Shown: piece by piece, positions 50,013 through 62,850 of the stretch
Position numbering within the stretch: the stretch's first letter is position 1
Layout of the letters: each line of letters starts with the position of its first letter
From: Carcharhinus longimanus
Taxonomy: Eukaryota
Length of the DNA stretch: 64,000 bases
Assembly: GCA_030264375.1 (NCBI GenBank)
Contig: JASCQW010000081.1
Span: 92,181,768-92,245,767, forward strand
Direction of reading: 5' to 3'
Translations under genes and position numbers: made by a program
Notes under the pieces: model-generated
The model's database searches: none
What the model was told of the DNA's origin: nothing
What the model saw: the letters and a program-made list of their open reading frames with translations, nothing else

Positions 50013-50719
50013 ATGCGCCACAATCAAGAAGCAGCAAGCGTGTGTGAAGAAATTTCTATCAATGCTCTGTTGAATTAAAGTCAGTGCTGGAGAGAGGTCT
50101 TTGAAAATATTTCAATCTAAACATATTGTCGAACTATTGATAACTGCAGTGGTTCTATAAAATTTTCTGAATATTTGATCCACTGCATTATCATTTGAAT
50201 TCAATGCGGACTCAGAGATTTCACTCAACAGTGATGAATGATGTCAGTAGAAAAAAGGTAAAATGTTGAACATGTTGTAGGTGAACAAAAAATAACAAAA
50301 TATTTGTTAAAATGGACAGTGGGTCAACATTTGTGGATTGAACAGGTACGTTCATGCGTTTTCTCTATAAATCTTAGTAAAATGCGAATATACGAGAAAT
50401 ATGTAAGATATGAATTGTGATTTTTTAGGTTAAAGCGGAGAACCGTAAATTACAAGATGAACAGATGTCTTCAGCAATTGATAATTTATAAAGTAGAGGC
50501 GATCGCGTTCTTAGATATGACATGCAATATCCACAGGTTCGTAGTTCACGGATACACAAATAGAGCACGGGCACATAGTGATTGCCTTGTTGGCAATTGT
50601 TCCTTGCCCTGGCTGATTGTAATGGGCGAATTTCATTAGGTTTATTTTAATCTGGACTAATAGTAATGACTGTCTTTTTCAAGTTCCCTTGATCTAACTA
50701 TCTTATCGGTGGAACAGAT

Positions 50720-51070
50720 GGTGTTCGTATATATTCGAAAGAAACTTCATAACTTCAAAGATCTCTAATGAGTTTGTGTATTGGCATGTGCATCTATTTA
50801 TCTATTCTTAATTGTTATAGTCACTCAATGATGCCAAACCTCATGACGAGAGAAGATGTCCAAGTGGGCCTTCAAGCAACGATAAAGATAGAAATCACCG
50901 TCTCTCAGTTCAGCGACGTGAAAAATGCAACTGCAATATTTACATTACGATTAGTCAACCTACTCATTCCCGCAGCACATATATCTCTTCACCGTTGCAC
51001 TGTCCAGTAATTCTCTTCTGTTGACCAAGTAGGTTGGTGCTTGAGAGAAGTTTCCAGAAGTAAGTGCATG
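50720..51070 (-). pseudogene. NLR unit G: CARD-like exon remnant, paralog of 33450-33810
   Basis: Clear nucleotide alignment with 33400-33800 over about 400 bp. Confidence 0.5.
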
Positions 51071-51117
51071 GTCCAAGATTGACAGTATGCGTAACAAAAT
51101 GGCTGCAGAGTATGCTA

Positions 51118-51405
51118 TGGTAGCCGATGGCCCGATGGCTTTATCGCTAGATTATTCGTCCAGAAACTGAGCGAATGTTCTGGGGATCCGGGAGATGGTA
51201 GAATTTGAATTCAGTAAGAATATCTGGAATTAAAAATCTACTGATTAAACTATTGTCGATTGTTGAAAAACCCATTTGGTTTACTAGTATCATTTAGGTA
51301 AGGGAATGTGTCAATGTGGTTGACTCTCAACTGCCCTCCAAGGACAACTAGGGATCGGAAATAAATGTTGGCTAGCCAGCTACGCCCATATCCCAAAGAT
51401 GAATT
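51118..51405 (+). mobile_element. DeuSINE/SacSINE1-like element
   Basis: atcgctagatta..cgtccagaaact...gatggtagaatttgaattcagtaa...aataaatgttggctagccagctacgcccat. Confidence 0.7.
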
Positions 51406-52094
51406 TTAAAAAAGTAAATTGGGTAGCGTATTCTGAGGGATAGTTTACATTTTAGCAATATGTGAAATCATCGTCTCTGATGAATTCTTGAAACAGAGTG
51501 AATTTATTTTCACTTTTTTCCGGAATGGAGATCGAATTCGGCCATTGAGTTGGATGCAGAGGAAACAAAATAAAAGTACATGTAATAAAATCCATCCTTA
51601 GAAAAATGCTGAAAGCCCACCGATCCTACGTTATCTTTTAACTAATTTGGTACCTGTCTGGGGGAGGGTTTTGCATGCGTCCCTTTTTTCTATCGCATTC
51701 TTTTCAGCTCCTGTCAGCAATCGAATGCTTGGAAATCGACTAGATATTCACCGCGATGTAAGCAAATATGCGAATACTATTTGGGCTGGCGAATGGTGAC
51801 GGACTTGAAAGATAACTCGACGTTTGATTTGATTTATTACTGTCACATGTATTAACATATAGCGAAAAGTATTGTTCATTGCGCGCTATATAGACAAAGC
51901 ATACCGTTCATATAGACGGAAACAGAGAGTGCAGAATGTAGTGTTACAGCCATNNNNNNNNNNNNNNNNNNNNNNNNNNNNNNNNNNNNNNNNNNNNNNN
52001 NNNNNNNNNNNNNNNNNNNNNNNNNNNNNNNNNNNNNNNNNNNNNNNNNNNNNCAATCGATATGTGCCACCACTTTTTGAATGAGTATTAATCA

Positions 52095-52430
52095 TAGAAT
52101 AATTGAATCATAGAATCCCTACAGCGCAGAAAGAGGCCATTCGGCCCTTCGAGTCAACACCGACTCTATGACAGAGTACCTTACCTATGTTCACCACACC
52201 CTTCCACTCTATCCCCAACCCTACTCATTTACCATGGCTAATCCGTCTGACCTGCACTCTTTGGAACACTAGGGGGCAATTTCATCATAGGTAATTCGCC
52301 TAAACTGCGCATCTTTAGGAGTAAATATGAGCACCTAGAGGAAACCCACTTCGACACTGGAAAAGGTGGAGAATCCACGCAGGCAGTCATCTAATGCCAG
52401 AATTAAATTCGCGTGCCTGAAAGCGTGACC
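52095..52430 (-). mobile_element. HE1-like SINE
   Basis: atcatagaatccctacagcgcagaaagaggccattcggccc tail and ggggcaattt core. Confidence 0.8.
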
Positions 52431-52749
52431 TTCGTAACTCGTAAAAAAGCGGCCAGTGTTGATTTCATGATGAGTGCCCTATAGAGACTGTAGCCATGGG
52501 GTATCCCAGCAGGGTCGTTCGCTCACAATCATTTCCCTTAGCTTCCAGCAAAAACACATTGGTGATGGAATGAACCCCGTTATCCCGTGCTTTCTTTATG
52601 ATACATAGATGTTCTTTAAATCTATTGCTGCACATACGCATTTATTCACACATCTCAATATATCCTAGTCCATGGTCAAATTTTCTGGCCAACCTTCCGA
52701 TAAAGGATCCTACTAAACTAATTTAGCGCAGGGACTGTTGGAGGCGTCA

Positions 52750-52960
52750 GGAAATGTGTGCAGAAGGCACACCATCTCCATCGCCGTCCCATAAGCACGT
52801 TACAGCATTAGCTGCCGTTTCTTGGTAAGTGCGTATTGACTCACTGGAATTCTTTGGGGCATTTAAGCAACTTCTCGTGAATATTTTTTGCAGGTTTGGC
52901 TGCTTGCGCGAGATAAGCCTCTAATGATGTAGCACGATGAATTGATTGGATCAGAGGTAA
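52750..52960 (-). pseudogene. NLR unit H: HD2 end remnant
   Basis: YLAQAAKPAKNI (cf. GLAQAALGSVETL), preceded by SCYII (cf. LHYLF). Confidence 0.4.
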
Positions 52961-53919
52961 ATGTCAACTGACTATGACGGTAGCTAGGCAGGTAGCAACT
53001 CAATAGGGTGGCAGTTTGTTTCAACTGGGGAGAGATGGAGTTTCAGGAATTAAGATGATGGAGTCGGATGGGGCTAGACTCGTGAGTAAATTAAGATTTG
53101 TGCGTAAATTAAGTGTCGGTCAGATGATGGCGTGATGGCGTCTAGTCAGGTTGATCCTGGGGCAGTTTGGGTGTCAGAAGGTGGGCGATTTCTCAGGCAA
53201 GTAATCGAGAGGGGGCAGTCTGTGGGTATCCATTCTCAGGGAGCGGGGCGATCGGTTCTTGTTGCCAGGGAGAGGAGTTATGTCAATATCGTCGTGGGGA
53301 TAACTAGTCAGATTTGAAAGGGAATCGTAGGCTCAGTTTTATAGTTATCCAAGAGTTAATATAGGATTTCACTTTCGATTACATCATGCGCAATTGTTTA
53401 TTCAAGCAGGATTGAACCATCCGACACATTATTATGCATGTTTCCATCGGGTACCATGGAACAAACGAATTGGCCATTAAAATTTAAAAGTTCTAAAGAG
53501 TCAGTGCAGAAAGCAATGGAGTCTGTGCACTTGCACTTCTGAGAGGTCCAGAAGTGCAAGTGTCAGGCTGTTCTTCACAGATTTGGAGACAGGCAGATCT
53601 GAATCAATGATCATGTCCATAATGTGTTATTGCATTGAGAAATCGGCATGCATTTAACACGTTTATGCTTATGAACGGCCCCCCCCAAAAAAAAGCACGT
53701 TGAAAACGATCTACCCCTGTGCATTACAATTATATTCGATAAAGTGTCGCATATCAGACTCGTGAGTAAATTAAGTGGAGCTCATGAATCCAAAGAGGTC
53801 AGAGGCAATAGTGATTCAATGCCGATTGGTTGATAGTCCCAGGGAGTCGCAGTGAATCTTTGTTTGGACATGTTCGAAATAGAGATTTTTTTTATAGTTC
53901 TAGAAACTGTGCTCTTCCA

Positions 53920-54230
53920 GGGATGGCATGATGTACAATGACCAGAATTGCTGCCTCACAACTTCAAGGACTTGCCTCAATTCCGGACTTGGGTACCAAT
54001 CTGTGTGGAGTTTGCGCACTCTCTGCATGTCTGCACCGGTTTCCTCCCAAATTCCAAAGAATTGCAGGTTGAGTGGGTTGTTCGTGCTAAATTGGTCGTT
54101 CGTGTCCCAAGATATGTAGGTTGGAAGGGATTAGAAGGGTAGTGCGGGGGAGAGGGCCTTGGTAAGATAGTCTTCCAAACTCGATGGGCCGAATGGTCTG
54201 TTATGCATTGTATTGATACTATGATTCGAT
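53920..54230 (+). mobile_element. Degenerate HE1-like SINE
   Basis: tgctgcctcaca..tctgtgtggagtttgc..ggtttcctccca..actcgatgggccgaatgg. Confidence 0.8.
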
Positions 54231-54299
54231 GATTATATTATTAATAAGATGTAAACAGCGTAAGTTCCAAATTTGTGCAGAGAATGTAAGTTTTAAGTA

Positions 54300-55210
54300 T
54301 CGTGAAATAAGTGAAGAAAGTGCGGGAAGTCACAATTAAATGGAAATTTTGGCGGAGTGAGCGGAGAAGTAAAAGGTTACATTTAATGACAAGAAATGCG
54401 AAGTGATTTATTTTGGTAGGAACTTCAGAAATACGTTCTTCAATTCCAATGTTAGTGCAGGGGAAATGCAATCTCTGTTGCTCACACCATTCATGACGGC
54501 AGGGCAAGTTGAGGGAGCGGGTAATAAAGCCTTAGGCGTTAATGGCTTTAAAATACCGGCACAGAAAACAAAAGAATGAAAGATAGCTTTATTATGTATC
54601 GTATTGTATTGGATATTGGATTGGCCTTAACCGGAATATTCATCCAATTATGGAAACAGTTTAAAAATGGCATGATGTCGTTAGAGAGAGAGAGAGAGAG
54701 CAAATGCAGTTCACCAGAATGGTTATAGGAACACGTCTCTTTTATTAGATTAATAGGTTTCAAAGTAGGATTACTATCCTTGGCAAATGAATGACTGAGC
54801 GAACACTTCAGAGGAGGATTCAACATCATTATGCATTTTGACAAAATCGGTAAGGAACTCTTTCCATTGTTGGAGAGGCGGGGATAGGGAGGGGTGTGTT
54901 CAGTTGGCAGAAAGAACCATAGTTCACTGATTTAAGTTAATGAATCAATGATGACACGTAAGAAAGATAAATAGATAGGTGGTGTTTGCATCTGCAATCT
55001 ACTGCTGGAGATTGTAATGAAGGCAAATTTATTAGATAAAGAGAAAAATCGAATTGGGTCAGGATCTGAAAGAAAAACAACGTCGTGTAAGTTTAGGCAG
55101 GATGCCGCTGGGAGTTGGGGTGGTGCTTTGTTGGATTGCTTTCTCCGTGCGCTAGCACGAGTAGGACTCTTCCAACTGCCTCACCCTGTTTCAAAAATAC
55201 TTTGATTCTG
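54300..55210 (+). mobile_element. Ancient CR1 ORF2 3' remnant
   Basis: aaatgcgaagtgatttattttggtagg (KCEVIYFGR) and later degenerate 3' motifs. Confidence 0.6.
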
Positions 55211-55434
55211 TGTCGAAAATCTTAGACCTGGCATACAATATTAATTGAACAGAAATTGTTGAAATTTTGGAAGTGACATCAGGTTTATTCCTTTAACTGG
55301 AAAACTCCTCTTAGACGGTTCCAATATCCAGATGAGTTTAAATTTGCTCAATTGAGATCAATATATGTTCCTTACATCACTATATAAGTCAGTACAGACC
55401 AAAGGTGGATAATTAGAATTGTGGAGGATAAAAG

Positions 55435-56760
55435 TTATTGGATTGTATGGTTAAACAGCATATAACACCCCAGTGATCGATTCCTGCTCCAATCTCCCTT
55501 TCGGTATTTCATTGTTCCTTGCAGTTTTTTGACGAAAATTCCAGGCAATTTCTGAGTCCGCTTTCTGGTGACCAATGTATCTACATTAGTCAGATTTGCA
55601 CGAGGCCTCCGAGGCTGATTGACTCTTTGGCCAGTTGAAAATCGTTTACATATTTCGCATGCAATTACAGTAGTACGCATAATACACAGTTATTCCTGGG
55701 TAAGATGCTCTTTCTGTGAGTTGGTGCAGACGCCGTGGACCGAATTGCGGCCTTCTGTACTGTCGGGCACCTATGGCTATATGATTCTACAATGTGAAAC
55801 TATTGAACTTCTGAAACGGGTGTACTCAGCGGAACACTTGGCTAAAGTAACAAATCCTTGCTCCACAAATTTCAATTCTATCCCGAAGGATATTTTATCT
55901 TTTTTAAATATGAAAATCCACACAACGTCTACATTTGTTCATATTACACGCCATCCTGGAACTAATGCTTGCCACAAATCAACCTTCTCTTTGTTAACAG
56001 CAACTTATCCATTCTGCTTGCTATTCTTACCTCAGATCAGTACATATTGCCGTGACATTTCTCAACTCCAGGATATCGAGCTCGAATGGTCGATATTAAT
56101 TTCTTGAGAATCAGGGCACTACGATCATGCCTCCAGGACACGTCTCTCTAGTTATGTTCCGCTGCAATGAAAACGTAACTTAGTTGCTTCTAACTTTGAC
56201 TACTAAATTAATGGCGAAGTCCAACAAAAAACGATGTTGCTCTGCAACTGCTCGTGCATTTACTTAAGCTGTTCCAGAACGACAAAACATATACGAATGT
56301 AAACTCGACATGTTACCCGATTCACGAGCTTTGACTAGTTCTGAAAAGAGAAATCAATTTTATTTTGAGTTTTCCATTCTCATTTTTAAAATTAACGTTT
56401 CATGCTGAAACGGCTTTATTAAAACGGCTTTGGTAAAACAGACATTTCAACTTGCATATCGATTTTCTATGATTGTTCAACGGCAGAATGATTCTTTTCA
56501 AGGAGCGAGTTGGAATAACGTAATTTGTGTGATTTTCACGCCGTTGGTAAAGGCAGCATTTGTTACTCATCTCCAACTGCACTTGAGACAATGGTGGTGG
56601 GCGCTCTGAAAGAACGGTTGCACTCGATCTCGTTTAGCGTATCTTCCGTGCTGGTGGAAAGGAAATCCTCGAATTTTGATCCATCCACAGTAATAGAACA
56701 ACGGCATGGAAAGATAACAGAAATGCAGACTATTAAATGTATCTGCCAAATGCACTTCCT
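55435..56760 (-). pseudogene. NLR unit H: decayed FISNA-NACHT exon
   Basis: GRYAK (cf. DRYAE); LFYQSRF (cf. LFQSSF); LQSNIVFCWTSPLI (cf. VQKIVYDWATGKI); LISTIRARYP (cf. LRELILDQYP); QKLPGIFVK...GCYMLFNHTIQ (cf. QFLSGFLME...VVYTFPHLTIQ). Confidence 0.68.
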
Positions 56761-56874
56761 ATTATACTCATCACAGACTAGCAGCCAAAATTGATTTTTG
56801 TTGGGGACACAAATCGGGCATTAGAAGTTGCGTTTCTATCAGGGGTTTCACTGCGAACCTGCATTTGAAGTACC

Positions 56875-57440
56875 AGGGTTCTACAAATATGTGAAGAGTA
56901 AAAGGATGAGAAGAGAAGGAATAGGACCTATAAAAGGTGAAGGGGGAAAAGTCTGTGTGGAACCGGAAGAAATGACAGGGGTGCTTAATGAGTACTTTGC
57001 CTCGGTATTCACGGTGGAAAGTGATCTGGGAGGTTGTACTACAGGTTTGCGGCAGANNNNNNNNNNNNNNNNNNNNNNNNNNNNNNNNNNNNNNNNNNNN
57101 NNNNNNNNNNNNNNNNNNNNNNNNNNNNNNNNNNNNNNNNNNNNNNNNNNNNNNNNTGGTCGCTACGAGAGGACACAGGTTTAAGGTGCTGGGAAGCAAG
57201 TACAGAAGAGATGTTAGGGGTAAGTTTTTCACTTAGAGGGTGGTAAGTGAGTGGAATCGGCTGACGTCGGTGGTGGTAGAGGCGAACTCGCTGGGGTATT
57301 TTAGAAGGCTTCTGGATGAGTATATGGGATCTAATGGGATTGGAAGTTACAGATAGTTCTAGGGCTTGGCAGGTATAGATGTGATCGGCACAACTTGTGG
57401 GCCGAAGGACCTGTTTGTGCTGTAGTGTTCTATGTTATTA
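56875..57440 (+). mobile_element. CR1 LINE pieces around a gap
   Basis: FYKYVKSKR...EMTGVLNEYFASVFT; TRGHRFKV...GKFFT; tail. Confidence 0.9.
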
Positions 57441-58064
57441 AGTGGACAAAAGCAGTGCAAGGGCAGATGGACATTAAGGGAAACAAAAAACATAAGTGAT
57501 CTTATTCACTTTTTTACCTCTCTCCTTTTCGTTCAATAGTTTTTCTGCCAAACAAAAAAGATAAAAGCAATCGTCATAGAGTCGGAATGCAGCAGATGAC
57601 TTCGTGAGCAACTGATTGCTACAAAAAGTGAGAATAGCTCTATGAACCTGTTTCAAAATTCAAGAGTTGTGTGCCTACGTTCATATTTAAATTAACGTAC
57701 ATTTGATATCCAGGGAAATTTTTAATCGCAGAATATATTATAGTTCTTCGTTCGTATAATTCACATGGAGTTTTCATCTCGGAGTTTTACACTGACAATG
57801 AACTTTCTATAATTTCTTACTTAGTATACGCATGATAGTTTATCTAGCACAAACAAAATCATTTAAAAATAGTTGTGTGGTCAAATGTAAAGTGGAAGAG
57901 CAGATTAAATCCTTTGACACAGCTAAAAAACAATTTGAGATCATGGGATCGTTTTTCAAATTCTAATCACATGCTGCGAAATTGGAAAGTTCATATAACC
58001 AGCATTCAACACAAACCACAAGGCCTTATTTTCAAGTGACAAGTAGGAAGACGAATGGTGGCTT

Positions 58065-58350
58065 CATGCTAATTCCCGGAAGTCCTGATGATTGCTTTGA
58101 AAACATTCACCTATTTGAGATTCTCACTGCGCCGTTATGTGTTCAACATAATTCGATTTTGATCAACACATGTTCATTGTCATGGAGTGAAGTAATTTGC
58201 CATGTAATAGTGACATTAAATAGGTTATACTCAATTTAGCCATACCCAGTTTTTGAAGTTTGCTCTGTAGATCTAAAAGTAAAAAAAATGATTGGACTGC
58301 ACGTTCATTATAAGAGCTATAAGAAGTACAATGAAGAGTCTCAGATGATT
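58065..58350 (-). pseudogene. NLR unit H: possible CARD-like exon remnant
   Basis: YNERAVQSF (cf. YRDRLEQAI); HNGAVRISNR*MFSKQSSGLPGI (cf. KGSRARRVMWESFVKMRHGVPKL). Confidence 0.35.
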
Positions 58351-58624
58351 GACCCACCAGTAAGAAAATGATGTCAACGATAAAACAGTAATAATCACTT
58401 CAATAAAAGGCAAAATATATGTTAATTGAAAGGAATGTCTTTGAAGATCGCAGCTATATGAAAGACGGTCGTATATATTTTATGGACTCCCTGTGAAATC
58501 ACATGCACAAGAATGCTATTTACAGGTTACAACGTTCCTACATTTCTATGTAAGTATTTTCAGTACTGACTTTGCGGTGTTCTTTTCATGAAACCACGTC
58601 AGAAAAATTTAGTTTCTATACACT

Positions 58625-58760
58625 TTAATCGAGTTAAAATTTCTGTCAATGGTGTTTTGTGTGCAGTAACAATGAATTCCCAAAACCTAGCATTTTCATT
58701 GTGCATTTTTTACCTTAATACCTGCGCTGAACAAATTTTGTTCAACAGACGATAGGGAAA
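58625..58760 (-). pseudogene. NLR unit H: CARD-like exon remnant
   Basis: NENARFWEFIVTAHKTPLTEILTRL (cf. GSRARRVMWESFVKMRHGVPKLDKILKEI). Confidence 0.6.
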
Positions 58761-59097
58761 ATCATCATCATACTTATTGACACGGCAAATTCTACGTGCT
58801 TATTCGTTTGTTCCGATAATAGCGAACTTTGCCCTTAGTTCATAACGTTACTCTTTCTTATCTTAGATGAGTGTAATATGTGAATGGCATCCTTTCAACA
58901 CACACATAAAAATACACACACGTACCACAGAAATAAAGTTTCTGGTCGATGGAATAGATTTTTCATATATTGCAAAAGGAATAACATTGTATTGCACATT
59001 TTTCAATATTTAGCGTTCTCAATGGAACATAAGAACATAAGAACTAGGAGCAGGATAATGCCATTTGGCCCCTCGAGCGTGCACAGCATGTGTCAAG

Positions 59098-60088
59098 AAA
59101 ATTCAAGTAGATCACACCAGGTCCATGATTCTCGATTGCATGTATTTCATCCACGAATATTTAGCACCAAAACTGCCCTAATTTATGTAAATTCTCCAGG
59201 CCACAACAACACCAATTTTGTATTCGACACAATGCACATTGACGTGAGTGCACGATTTCGAATTTTTCATTTCTTCCTAACAAGTATACTTTACAACCTT
59301 GCTTCACCCCACCAATTCGTCTGTTTGTCCTCTCACCAGATTTTGTATCTAGCTAGAATGTAAATATAATACAACGTAAATTATTCAGCTACTCGTTGCA
59401 TAGTCTGCTCATTGACATTTACCCTGCAAAGAACTAGCTATCTAGGCGATGAGTTATTGCCATCCACGAATGTTGCTCAGTTAAACTAGTTTGGCTGAAT
59501 GCCCTCCTTTAACACTGAAAATTCTATTAATTTCTACAAGCAGGAATTACTGCAGGATTCATTCTTCAGATTATCAATTCGATTCCAGGAGCTTCAAGAG
59601 ATTCAGAGACTCTTTAGAACAGAGATAGAGTGATGATACAGGAGAGAGGGTGTATAATATCGGGACTATTGGGGTCACTTCTGGAGAAGTTGGTCCCTCT
59701 ACAGTTTGGACTAGTAACATCTAAACAGAGCTCTGACTGTATGTCTGGCGAGGAGCTAGACTAATGCTATTGAAAAAAACTTGGCGAAGATTTAGGAATA
59801 TGAAATGGTGATAGAGTAGAACACCCAGATGTGGAGAAAGCTGGGAGGGACTGGAATAAGTATAGTAACAAATAGTAAAGTTTTGGTAGAACACGTTCGG
59901 AAGAAATGCAACAAATTCGAAATTTAAGTTATCATGCACTCATGTCACTGTGCATAGTGTTGAATACAAAATTGGTGTTGTTGTGGCCTGGAAAATTGTC
60001 TCAAACAAGGGCAGTTTTCGTGCTAAATATCCATGGATGCAAAACATGGAATCGAAGATAATGGACTTGGTTTGAATTACATGAATGT
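59098..60088. repeat. About 200-bp inverted repeats (59098-59298 and 59880-60088) flanking an approximately 580-bp spacer
   Basis: ccaggccacaacaacaccaattttgtattc matches the reverse complement gaatacaaaattggtgttgttgtggcctgg exactly, and alignment extends on both sides. Confidence 0.85.
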
Positions 60089-60369
60089 TGAAAGAAAAGA
60101 ATAATAAAATTTATAAAGCAGACTTGTGACTGGAGTGAGAGCCTTTCGAATAAAAATAGACTGTAGGAATATCGATGGATGCGAAGTTTATCAATTGTCA
60201 GGGGAAAAAGAGGAATGCTGAACAGTTGTTTATTGGACTATTATTAAACCTTTCCTTGCGTCTTAGAGTTCGAAATTAAAACCCTTGTTATTGTTCCATA
60301 TTACTGTCGAAGGCCTTGGTATGCAGGCTACACTGAATGTTCGGAGATGTCACGAGTAGTGGACGAAAT

Positions 60370-62430
60370 CATAGAACTAAAGAGTCTTAGGATCACACAG
60401 TGCAGTAAAGGTCCTTCGTCCCAACGAGTTTGCATCAACAAGACAGAAATATCTGAAATTCTCCCTATTCCCGTTTATCTGCTCTTGGCTAATTAACTTG
60501 AATGTTATAACGTGCCAAGTGCTCATCCAGATACTTTCTAAAGGATTGAGGCAACCGTCCCAGGTAGCGCATGTCAGTCTGCGCAAGCGTCTTCCTCATA
60601 AATGTCCTGTCACTCATCTTGAACACATGTCTCTTTGTGACAGACCCTTCAACTAAGGGAAACAGTTGTTACCTTCCCACACTTTATATGCTCCTCATAA
60701 TCTTGCACATCTTAATCAGATCGCCCCTCAGTTTTCTGTGCTCCAGCGAAAACAAACTATTATCGGACAACAAATTTTATGAAATTGAGCACACAAAATG
60801 GAAGCAAGCTAAAGTTATCCTCAGAGCCTTCCACTAAATTCACAAAGTAACAGACACTTATCAGTAGGCAAAAGCATGCTTTTAGAACGCAAATGAGGGC
60901 TAGCACGTAAGGGAAATTGGACAGGATGGCACCTACAGGAACTTAATCAAAAAACATATCCCCACCCCATCAAAATCAGGACTTCTAAACCCGTCAAACC
61001 ATCCATGGAGACACCTAAAATTAACACAGTTAAGGAAGTGTCCCTGGCCCCTCAAAACTCTTGAGACCAATAACACACCTATGGNNNNNNNNNNNNNNNN
61101 NNNNNNNNNNNNNNNNNNNNNNNNNNNNNNNNNNNNNNNNNNNNNNNNNNNNNNNNNNNNNNNNNNNNNNNNNNNNNNNNNNNNTCAGGTATAACTGTAG
61201 CCCCTTGTGGGGGAGTCTTTAGAGCACTTTCGGGACAGTCCGATTGTATGTCCTGACTGTGTTTCTCCGTTGACGTAAAAAGAAAATAAAGCTGTGCCGT
61301 TATTGAACTTCACCCTGAGTCCGTAGTGGTCGTTTCGCACACTCGCGCTAACAAAACCAAGCCTATCCAAGCTCTGTTCGGAAATCAAATGTTCCTTCCA
61401 AGGCAGCAACCTGGCGAATATCGTCTGCACCCCCTTCAGTGCAATCACATTCTTCCTGTAATGTGGCGACCAGAATTGCACACAGTACTCTAGTTGTGGC
61501 CTCACCAAAGTTCTCTACAACTCCAAGACGACTTCGGTGCTTCTGTAATATATTCCTCGATCGACAAAGGCACGTGTCCCTTATGCGTTGGAAGGACAGT
61601 GAATTGTGAGAACGGCTGCATTACCTTTCAGAAGGAGAACTGATCGATAAAATGGGCAGATAAGCGGCAGGTAACAGTAATTAAGAGGCGTGCAAGGACA
61701 ATAGTACAAGGAATTATATAATTAAGAGTACAATACAAAAGAGGGAACATGAGCTGAGATCGTAGGATCATATCTGCATGAATTATGCAAGTGGCAGAGT
61801 AGGTTGAGAGAGAGAGAAATCAAAAAGCATCCGGAACCCTGTTATTTTTTTTTAAACAGAGGCATAGAGTGCAAACGCAGGGATGTTGCAAAAAACCCGT
61901 GTAAAATGCAATGCACTAAATGGAGGATTGTTTCTAGTTTTTAGAAATCATGTGAAGGCAATTAATTGAGCGCAATAAGTATTTACAACAATGGTTGCAG
62001 GGCCGGCGATCATCAGTTACGTGCGTAGATTGAAGCGGGAGTGGGGCTGTTCGCTATCGAGAAGAGAAGAGTGGGAGGATATTTGGTAGAGGCATTCAAA
62101 TTCCTGAGAGGGTTAAGTAATATATCGTTAAGGTGTCGATGATCAGAGGCAAATGATTAAAGTGACTTGTAATAGAAGCAATGGTATCACGAGAAACGTT
62201 ATCTGTACACTGAATGGAGCTGATATAAAATGCTTTATCTGGGAGATTTGCGGAAACAAATTTGAACCTTTGCTTTCAAGCGCAAGTTAGATCACAATCA
62301 GAATGCTGAAAACAGTGAAATATGTGGAAAGAACGTTGGCAATCACACCGGAGAATTTTTCTTGCAGAAAGCTGTCGCAGCTTTGACGTGTCAAATGCCT
62401 CAGTCAATGCTATGAGTATTTGATTCGATT
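60370..62430. mobile_element. Cluster of CR1 fragments (minus 60370-60760 and 61350-61590; degenerate plus 61600-62430)
   Basis: VRPQLEYCVQFWSPHYRK in ORF 61185-61508; tails and 3' ORF2 motifs. Confidence 0.75.
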
Positions 62431-62559
62431 TGAGGCTTGCTTTAAAATAACGTTTGATTCAGGACCTCTTTCGAAGGCAAAATATTAGATGATGTCAGGC
62501 TAGGACTGACGTCGTAAACTCTGCTTAAATGCCAGACTAGATTTTGCAATTTGCCATAA

Positions 62560-62850
62560 AGTTAATCCTGTTGAAATAGGCTCGTAGTGCTTACAAGATT
62601 TTCCAGGCATAATTACTGCCGAAGTGTTACTGTTACTGTTAGTGCGACCTGCAACTCCACATTAGCTACAGCATGAGCTGTTTTATTTGCCTGTCACGTG
62701 GCAATTTTATTTTGTAGCATCACTGACTCTTTTTGGTAGGCATTAAGACAACTGTACTTTGAAGGCGTTTCACTTTGCTCAACATTTCCGCATGTAAATA
62801 CTGTGAAATACGGTCATACGCGGATGTTACAGAGATGGAATGCAACATGC
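62560..62850 (-). pseudogene. NLR unit H: most 5' CARD-like exon remnant
   Basis: TSAYDRISQYLHAEMLSKVKRLQSTVVLMPTKKSQ* (cf. TKFYRDRLKQAIEEKVERLGWMLTKEGH). Confidence 0.45.
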
